DNA from: Rhizaria sp. SCN 62-66
Lineage: Eukaryota
DNA: 64,000 nt
Direction of reading: 5' to 3'
NCBI GenBank assembly: GCA_001724265.1
Contig: MEDY01000010.1
Coordinates: forward strand, 62,001 to 126,000
Part shown: piece after piece, positions 55,961 to 64,000 of the stretch
Layout: every line of letters starts with the position of its first letter
How positions within the stretch are numbered: position 1 is the first letter of the stretch
Translations under genes and position numbers: made by a program
Notes under the pieces: generated by a model
The model's input: only the letters and a program-made list of their open reading frames with translations
Databases searched by the model: none
Told to the model about the DNA's origin: nothing

Positions 55961-58900
55961 GAACGGAAGCACCACAGGCAAGAACGGCGAAGCGGCAATC
56001 ATGCGGTGCGGCACTGTCACCGCTGCGCTAGCGCTAGGAGTGCTTCCGTCCCGCGACGGCGTGCCGCGGCGGCCACGCCTGTTCGCCGGCGTGCTGGCGT
56101 TAAGCCCGAGAGCCGGAGAGGCCAGCCGACTCACCGCGGAGCTGGCGCGGCGCGCACTGATGGCCGCACCGGGGGACGCGGCGCCGCCGTCGGCAGAGAG
56201 CAGGAGCGCGGCAGATGACGCGGCCGGCGCGAGGCCATGCGGGGCGGCCCAGGACAGCGCGGCGACGCGGTCCTCCGCCTCCTCCTCGTCCACGGCGGAC
56301 GCAGAGACATTTGCACTGGCGCCGACGAGAGAGAGAGTGTGGCTGTCAGAGTGCGAGAGAGACGAAGTCGCGTTTGCAGCAATGCGAGCAGGAGAGAGAG
56401 AGAATGGGTCAATGCTTGCAGCCGCACCGTCAAAGACGTCTTCGTCCTCGTCAGCAGCATCGTCTTCCTCCGTGTTCGCGTCGGCATCGTCGCCACTGTT
56501 GTTGGCATCACTAGCGTCGCTTGCTGTGAGTTCGGCGCTGCCTGGCTCACGCGGCGTGGCGGAAGCCGTCATGATATTCGGGTCAGCAAACTGCATTGGC
56601 GACGGGGACGGTGAGGGAGTCGACGACTGCGGCTGCACACCAGCTGATGCAGGGACGGGATCAACAGGCGCACTAGCACCAACAACAGCGACTGCAGTGA
56701 GCGAGTGCAAGTGCGCAGCAGCAGTCTCTTGCAGGTACAGCGTCAGCGCAGCGCAGCCGGAGCCGCCCTGGACTCTGCCGCGCTGCTGCTGCTGCTGATG
56801 CTGCGACTGTGGTAGTCTGCGGCCGTAGGCGGATCTACTGGGCGTCCCGTGAGCGCTGCCGCCCGCACTGGCACCACCGCGACCGCTCGAGTTCGAGCTC
56901 GAGCTGGAGGGCGAAGCGAGACCAGCCGCTGCAGTCAGACTAGGCACAAGGGCGGTGATGAGCGTTGTCACAAGGCCGTGAAGCTCAAAGGCAGCCGCGG
57001 ACAGGGCGGCGGCCGCTGCCGCAGTGACTGGGGAAGACGGCGCTGCCGCGGCAGCCACTGCGGCGGCGGTGTCGGTCGCGGCGGCGGCGGCAGCGATGAC
57101 AGCGAGCATAGGCAGAGGGTCGGAGGCAATGGAACAGCAGTGGGCGAGCGACAGAGCGCGGGCAAACAGGGGGCGCATTGACGGACGCGAGGGCAGCACG
57201 GTCGCTGCGGGCGCCGCCGATGCAGACGAGTTGTTGTGGACGACCGCGACAGTGTCCGCAGTGTACGATGCCACAGCAGCAGCAGCGTGCGCGAGTGCGT
57301 GGAGGCCCTCTGCAGCAAAAGATGCGTCAACGTCCATGTCACTGATGCTTGCCAGCGGTGAGAGTAGGAGACGAGAAGCGGTGTCAGTGGAGACCCCGCT
57401 CTCTGCAATCGCCACAGCCTCATCAAACGGACTGGGCCCCGTTGAGAGCGACGCAGAGTGCGGGAACACGGCCCAGAGAGGAGCGACGGCCGCAATGTAC
57501 CGCGAAAGCGCCTGAGCAGGGCTGGACGGAAGCGCAGAATCGGCACGCTCCGAGGGGGGACTGAGACGCAAGCAGCGGAGTCGAGTGAGTGCCCAGACCG
57601 CAGTGCGGCGCAGGCTGAGCGCGACGGCAGACGTGGGTAAAACTGCGCTCGAGTTCCCGGCACCACTGGTACCCGCAGCAGCGCTGATAGCCGCGGCACT
57701 CTGAGTAACGTTCGGCGGGACCACCGCGGCCACGGACGAGAGGGCAGCCGCGGCGATAAACTGGGTCACGAGCCTGTCCCAGCGCAGGCGCAGCAGCGTG
57801 CGCAGCAGCGGCAGGCGGATCACACTCGGGGTGAGTGGAGACACCGGCTTCACGAACGCCGAAGTTGCATCGTTGTGCACATCAAGGGCGCGAGCGTTAC
57901 TCAAAGCAGACCCACTCGTAGAGGTGGCAGCGACAGCGGCGGCTGCCTCGGCCGAAGCCAGCGGCAGCCAGCGCGAGGCGGTGTCCCACTTGACGTTGTA
58001 GAGTCCGGTCGCCGTCCAGAGCAGCACGCCCGATGCGCCGGCGGCAGCGCTGTCCCAGCCGTCCTGTGCGTTGGCAGCCGACGACGCGTGGCGCACGGCG
58101 GACGACGACGGCGCCAGGAACGCCGCCGCCGAGGCGACCGCAGCGGCCGCCGCGCCGGCGCCAGCGCCGCGGGCGCCGGTGACGTAGGGCGACCGCGCGT
58201 CGCACACGCCCGTGGCGGTGGCGCCGAAAACGCGGCCGGGCACCGTGATCACCTGCAGCGCGGGGGTAGTCAGCGCGGGCGGGCTCAGGGCGGCGCGCGC
58301 TGCGGCGGCGGCGACGGAAGACGGCATGGAGTCGAATGATGCGGCAGCGGTGAGGGCTACGGTGGCCGCAGATCTAGTGGCTGCAGCAGTCGATGTGGCC
58401 GTTGAGTGGTCGTCTAAAGCATTCGCAGCGGCGACCGCGGCGGCTGCAGCTGCCGCAGCGGCAGCGCTATCAGAGGAGCTGGAGCCAAATGCACTGTTGA
58501 TCGTGTTGGCGGCCGAAGTGGCGACGTCCTCGAACGACTCCCCGACCGCGCCGCCCTGCAGCGAGCGCCGCGCGGCCAGCCCGGAAACGACGAAGATGGT
58601 GCTTTCCGTGCGGGACGGGGCAATCACGAGAAGGTACGGGTCCGCTGCGATGACAAACCGGCCGGGCGGCAACAACACCTGTGTGAGCACAGGGGGAAGC
58701 GGGAGCAGTGGGTTTGCGAGGAAAGCGTGCGCGCCCGCGGCGTTGGCGTTGCGGCGGCTACCAGGGGTGCGACGCGTAGATGCGGGCGCAGGTAAGAGAC
58801 CAGCAATGGCAGCGGCGAGTGCGGGGGTGGCATCGGCGGCGGCGGAGGCGGCATGCGAGCGCCGCAGCTGTGCGACGTCGGACGGCAGCGAGAGGAGCCG

Positions 58901-61900
58901 GCCGGAGCGAGGGCAGAAGAGCAGGAGGAAAGACGTTGACCCCATCACGATTGGTAGAGGAATCACGTCGTTCACTGTCACCGGAACAGCGAGCGGAGAA
59001 GAAGATAGCAGAACTGTCGGTTGAGATTGCGCAGCCGCTGCGCTAGAGCTAGGGGCACTGTTATTCTTGACTGGAGTCGAGTAGATAGACGAATGCCTCG
59101 TGTGGCCAGGCGAGCTTAAGCCGCCGCTTTGCGAAGGCACAAGCGGGAAAGTCAGGCCGCCGGGCATCGGCGCAGCAAGCGTAGTCACGGAGGGCGTCCA
59201 TACGTGACTCCCTGGCATGCCAGTAGTGGCCTGACTTTCAACGACAACAAGATTCACGCCTGAAGCAATGATGGTACCTGAGTCGGTCGCGTCGTACACG
59301 TCGTTGTCGCCGTTGTAATAAGCTGGAGGGCAATGAATAACCGGTGCAGGCGCAGAGGTGACAGCGCGCGCAGCTGTCAGCAGCAACGCGGGCTCAAACG
59401 CGCACTGCTCGATGCTCTCAGTCGCAGGCACCAGCGCGACAGAGCTCGAGTTGAAGCTACTGTTGGCCGGGCAAAGCCAGTGCGGCCTGCTAAGCAAGGA
59501 AGAGCGGACGGCGACGGCAGTGGGCTCCGACACTGAGCGCAGCACGTTTGCGGCCAGGGGCCAGTACAGTGGGCCTGCAGCTGTGTTCAAGGCACCAGTG
59601 GTTGCGTTAACCGCGGCATCAGAGCTGCTGCCTGATCCGTTACTCCCGGTGCCCGCAGCCGACGCGGCAGCCACCGCGGCGGCGTCCGCAGCGGTCGCGT
59701 ACGGCGAGAACACGACGGCGGCGTTGCTCGTTTCGGCAGACAGCAGACCGCGCTTGCCGATGCCGACGACGGCGTCGACGACGCCGCCCACGGTCACCTC
59801 CTCCGTGCTTTGGTATTGCGCGCGCGGAGAACGCAGACCGCTCGCACCGCCACTAGAGGCGGCGGCCGCGGCAGCAGCTGCGGCTGAGGCAGCAGCGGAT
59901 GCAGCGGCGGCCACAGCGGCGGCAGCCGCGGCGGTCGGCGACGTGAGTGCGGGGGCAGCAGCAGGTGCAGGTTTCGGCTTCGAGGAGAATACGGAGGCAA
60001 AGAAGCCCTGCTTCACCGGAGCAGCGCTCGCCGCGGTGCTCGCGGTCGGCATGGAGCCCCCCGATGCGGCGGCCGCTGCGGCGGCAGCGACGGCGGCGGC
60101 CGCTGCGACCCGGGTGGACACGCGCGCGACGGCGGCGGGGAACGGGCTCGCCTCGTCGGGCAGCAGGTCGAGCACGTCGGCGTATGCGCACGGCAGCGAC
60201 GCGCGGAGGCCCTGCGCCAGCACGCCGAGCGTGGGCTGGGCCCACAGGTAGTGCTGCAGCGTGAGCAGGAAGGCGGCCGAGACAGCGGCGGACGGCGTGT
60301 CGGGCGGCAGCGCGCGCAGCATCGTCGTGGCGGTGACGGGCACCGTCGCGGGGAGCGCGGGCTGACTGGAGCTGCTGGCGGAGCTGCAAGCACTTGTGGT
60401 CGAGTCAGAACTTGCGCAAGTCCCAGTGCCAGAGCAGCGGGAGCAGGAGGAGATAACAGGCAGGCCGCCGAGGTCAGTGATCGTTTGCACGACAACCCAC
60501 GGCAGTCCGCCGACATTAGCACCAGGGCTCGCAGACGCTGCAGGAGAGAGAATGCAAGCGCAGATGCTGCGGGGTGCAGTGCCCGTCGGAACGGGCAGCA
60601 CAACCGCGGCGTACGCTTGCGCCGGCCACGGGGCGCCGACGGTCGCATTTGCGCTGGCAGTCGAGCTATTCGCGTTGGAGAGAGCAGCGGGGAGAAGAGT
60701 CGCTGTGAGTGCGCCGGCACTCGCTGCGAGCACCAGAGAAAAGGCAGCAGCGGAGGCCGAAAGAGCCTGTGACAGACCGGTTGCGGCCAGAGAGGCGGCA
60801 CGTGTGGAGGCAATGCGGCCAGGGGTGACTGGCAAAGCAACAGCAGCAGCGGCCGAGGAAGATGCGACATCAGCCGAGTTCTCAGTCTTGGTTCCGCTCA
60901 AAACAACAGCACGTCCGCTGGCAGCTGGGCTGGCGTTACGACCGTCAGTGTTGCTCTTGCTTGCGCGCTTCTGGGCCGTCAACTGAGCCTGTGTGTGGGC
61001 ATTCGCGGTCGCCGCAGGGTAGCCAGCGGAGACGATCGCGGCGCGCACCGACGGCAACAGGCCGGAGGCGGGCGGGACGGCGACTCCGAGAGCGGCGGCG
61101 ACGGTGAGCACGGTCTCCGGGTACAGAGCTGCGTGGTAGGCCAGCGGGTGGGACGCGTAGTCACTGGGGAATGCGATCGGCGCAAGAGCGAATGTAGGCA
61201 ATGCGGAGCAATCAAAGGCTGCGTGCTGAGAGCCAAAGGTGTTGGTAGTTGCGTGAACATCGTTGCCGTAAAGCCGCGGCAACATGGGGATGAAGGGAAA
61301 CGAACGAGGAACCGGCAGTGCCAGCGCCGGGGGCGGGTGGCCGGAGCGAGCCTTCATGACCCAGCGCGAGAGTGCCTGTGAAGACTTGAGCAGAGACACC
61401 GAGTCGGACAACACTAAGCTCGTACTGTTCGTTGTTTTGCTGTGCTTGCTCTTGATCATCTTGCCCTTGCGCTTTGCGTTGCTGTTGTTCCAGAAAGTAA
61501 GCCCAGTTGTGGCGAGAGAGAGAGGCGACGGAGCCAGCGCAAGACTGGAGCCAGGCGGACCAACCAAGAGTGCAACGCTCTCGCCGCGACTGTGTACATC
61601 AGTGCGACGACCCGTGGCAGCGCTGGAGTGGCTCTTGCCGCTGAACGCAGCCGCAGCGCGCGTAAGATCGGTGATTGAGGTGGCCGCGGTGATGGTGACG
61701 TGCGTCAGCGGCACAAGCGCGGCCGGCAGCGGCAGCGGCGTGCTCACGCTCGGCGTTTCACCCTTGAGGTTGATGCTCACGCGCGTGTACGTCAGCGACA
61801 CGGACGCCTGCTCGATCACCGACAGCGCGAGCGCGGATGCGTTGCCAGCGACGGCGGCGGCCGCGGCGGCGGCAGCGGCGTCGAGCGCAGAGCCCGAGTC

Positions 61901-63671
61901 AGCGGCCAGCGCCGCGGCGGCGGCAGCGGTGGCGGCGACGCTGGCGGCGGCGGCGGCGGGCGACAGCGCGATGGCGGGCAGCACGGGCTGGGCGCAAGGT
62001 GCGAGGACGACGGTGCTGCCGCTGAGGGAGCCGGTGCCGGGGCCGAACGAGCCGCCGGCGCCGCCAGATGCGGCCGCGGCAGTGGCGGCGGCTGCAGCAG
62101 CGGCGGCGGCAGCGGAAGGATCGGCGCCCGCGGAGACTGCGGTGACAGCGCCGACTGCAACGGCGGCGGCAGCGGCAGCTGCAGCAGCAGGCGTGCTCGT
62201 GGTCAGCGATGATGACGACGGCAAAGACCCAGACGAGGTAGAGGTTGACAGTGTAGAGCCGGACGCCGAAGTTGCAGCGCCAGTGGCAGCTGCCACCGCA
62301 GCAGCGGTGGCGGCAGCAGCGGCAGACTGGCTGTTGGAAGCACCGAGCACGAGGCCGGTGCTCGCAATGGCGGCGACAACTGTGGAGCCAAGCGTCGCTG
62401 AGGACGGCGCAGTGGACGCAGAGCGCTGGAAGTTAAGCCGCACAGCCGCAGAGTCCGTAAGAGTACCGAAGACGCGCGCGAAGCCAGTCGCCGAGGCAGC
62501 GTCGCTCTGTGACTGGGAAGAGCTAGAGCCAGCGGCCGTGGACGGGGGCAGCAGAGAGCGCGCGCGGGCGGCAGCGGCGGCCGGGACAGGCGGCAGCGGC
62601 GACTGCGAGAGCGCGTGCATCGGCAGCGTGAGGTCGCCCGTCCACGGCAGCTGTAAGGGGTACGCGTGGTCTAAGTACCCCGCCGCACCGGCGCTGACGG
62701 AAGAGCCCAGACTCGAGCTCAGGCCCATGGCGGAGATGAGAGTGTGCGTCATGTGCTCGTGGCCAGCCTTGGTCAGCATCGCCAGCGCGCGCGCCCACGT
62801 CTGCTGCCGCACGCTGTTGACGCCCCAGCTCGCCGCCACGGCCGCAGACACCATCTTCTTCTCTAACTGCAGCACCAGCGTGCGGCCGCCGTCCGCGGAT
62901 AGCAGCAACGACTGCGACTGCGCGCGCGCCGCCTGCCGCCGCACGCACAACAGACACGAGAGGTCGGCGGCGGGCGCGCGCCGCGGCGACGCCAGCGCCA
63001 GCAGCTGTGGCGGCGGCGGCGACGGCAGCGCGGGTGCGACGGCGCGCGCAATCGCGGCGGCTGCGAGCGCAGGCACGAGCACGGGCGCTGTGGTGGCGAG
63101 CAAAGCAGGCAGAGTCAGGGGCCAGGCGTCGTCGCCGCCGCTCACGGTCACTACAGCGATGCCGGTGGTCACCGTCTCCGGGGCGCGCTCGTCACGGGGG
63201 TCTTGCTGTGGCGTTTGCTCAGACTCGGCATCGTCATCATCATACTCTGCGACGTAAGTGATCACGGGATGCTGATGCACATCCCTGGACGAGACACCGA
63301 TGTGAGTCGATTGCTGTGTGAGCGCCATTGGCATCGCGCCCGCGCCAGCGGCCCACTTCTCAAGCACGTCGCGGTGCCTGCTGCCGAGCGCGCCCGCGAG
63401 CGTCAGCGCGGCGGCAGCCAGGCCGAGCTCCACAACGCCGGAAACGACCGCGCCGCGCGCCGCGCTAGCAGACGCGGCGCCTGTATTAGCGGTGGCTGCG
63501 CCAGTGGACGACGACTGGTTGCGCGCGTGCGCATGGCACAGCGCCTGCGCCTGCGCCTGCGCCTGCGTGTGCGCGTGCGCCGTCGCCGCCGCGCACTCTG
63601 CGCAGACCGATGGGGCGGTGTCCTCGACCAGCAGAGCGAGGGAGCGCGCGACAAACGCCGACGCCGCGCCC

Positions 63672-63711
<40 letters not shown>

Positions 63712-64000
63712 GGGCCGTGGCGGCGGCGCCGAGTCCCGGCTGCGGCAGCGGAACAGCGGCGGGCGCGGCGGGCAGGTGCAGCCAGCGCGGGATGACCGAG
63801 GGGCCGTGCGCCGCGGTGTGCGAGGATGCCGACGAGAGCGAGGGCGCGGCGCGGACGGCGCGCTGCATGGCCCAGACCGAGGTCGAAAGCCACGCGCCCA
63901 GCTCCGAGAGCGACGCGCGCGGCACGCGGGGGCTCGCGGCGACCGTGCAGCCGGAATCCTCGGCGCTCGTCTCGTTGTCGCTGTCTGCAGCGTGCTCGTC
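48248..64000 (-). CDS. Giant Ala/Ser-rich protein (>5,250 codons, 5'-truncated) with one in-frame TAG at 55951-55949 and a C-terminal CxH..CxxC motif
   Basis: Frame is open from 64000; ORFs 55949..63925 and 48248..55879 are in the same frame, separated only by TAG plus 23 sense codons; no intron or AT-rich spacer at the junction; ends AFSCGH...ACPVC...QAPKM-TAA. Confidence 0.75.
55931..55960 (-). repeat. (CAG)3-TAG-(CAG)6 interrupted trinucleotide repeat
   Basis: + strand reads (CTG)6 CTA (CTG)3. Confidence 0.97.
63674..63709 (-). repeat. (CAG)12 polyQ microsatellite
   Basis: Perfect (CTG)12 on the + strand. Confidence 0.95.

Noticed and set aside
55880-55990. Intron removing the in-frame TAG
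   Set aside because: No GTACG-type donor, no AT-rich or pyrimidine-rich tract; the region has coding-like composition throughout.

Overview
Gene-dense nuclear DNA of a GC-rich unicellular eukaryote (lineage not determinable here); no prokaryotic, CRISPR, rRNA, tRNA or transposon features seen. GC-rich exons alternate with AT-rich spacers (about 280-850 nt) and 13 short spliceosomal introns (103-232 nt) reconstructed by hand from GT..AG ends and frame continuity. Fifteen protein genes: NAPRT, a secreted zeta-carbonic-anhydrase-like protein, UPB1, CCDC124, a MORN-Kelch protein, RRP5, a MORN-repeat protein, a CHZ-motif protein, an LSM10-like protein, a small 3-exon protein, a probably acylated protein, and four low-complexity proteins (two cut by the window edges). 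Most notable: (1) a >5,250-codon frame interrupted by one TAG inside a CAG (polyQ) run, while none of the 15 genes ends in TAG; (2) a CAG acceptor within 15 nt upstream of 10 of 13 start codons, mostly with no consensus donor, suggesting spliced-leader trans-splicing or near-universal 5'UTR introns; (3) an almost invariant GTACGT donor; (4) a U7-snRNP-type Lsm10 in a protist; (5) a zeta-CA-like protein apparently missing two metal ligands. All family assignments come from remembered motifs, not database searches.
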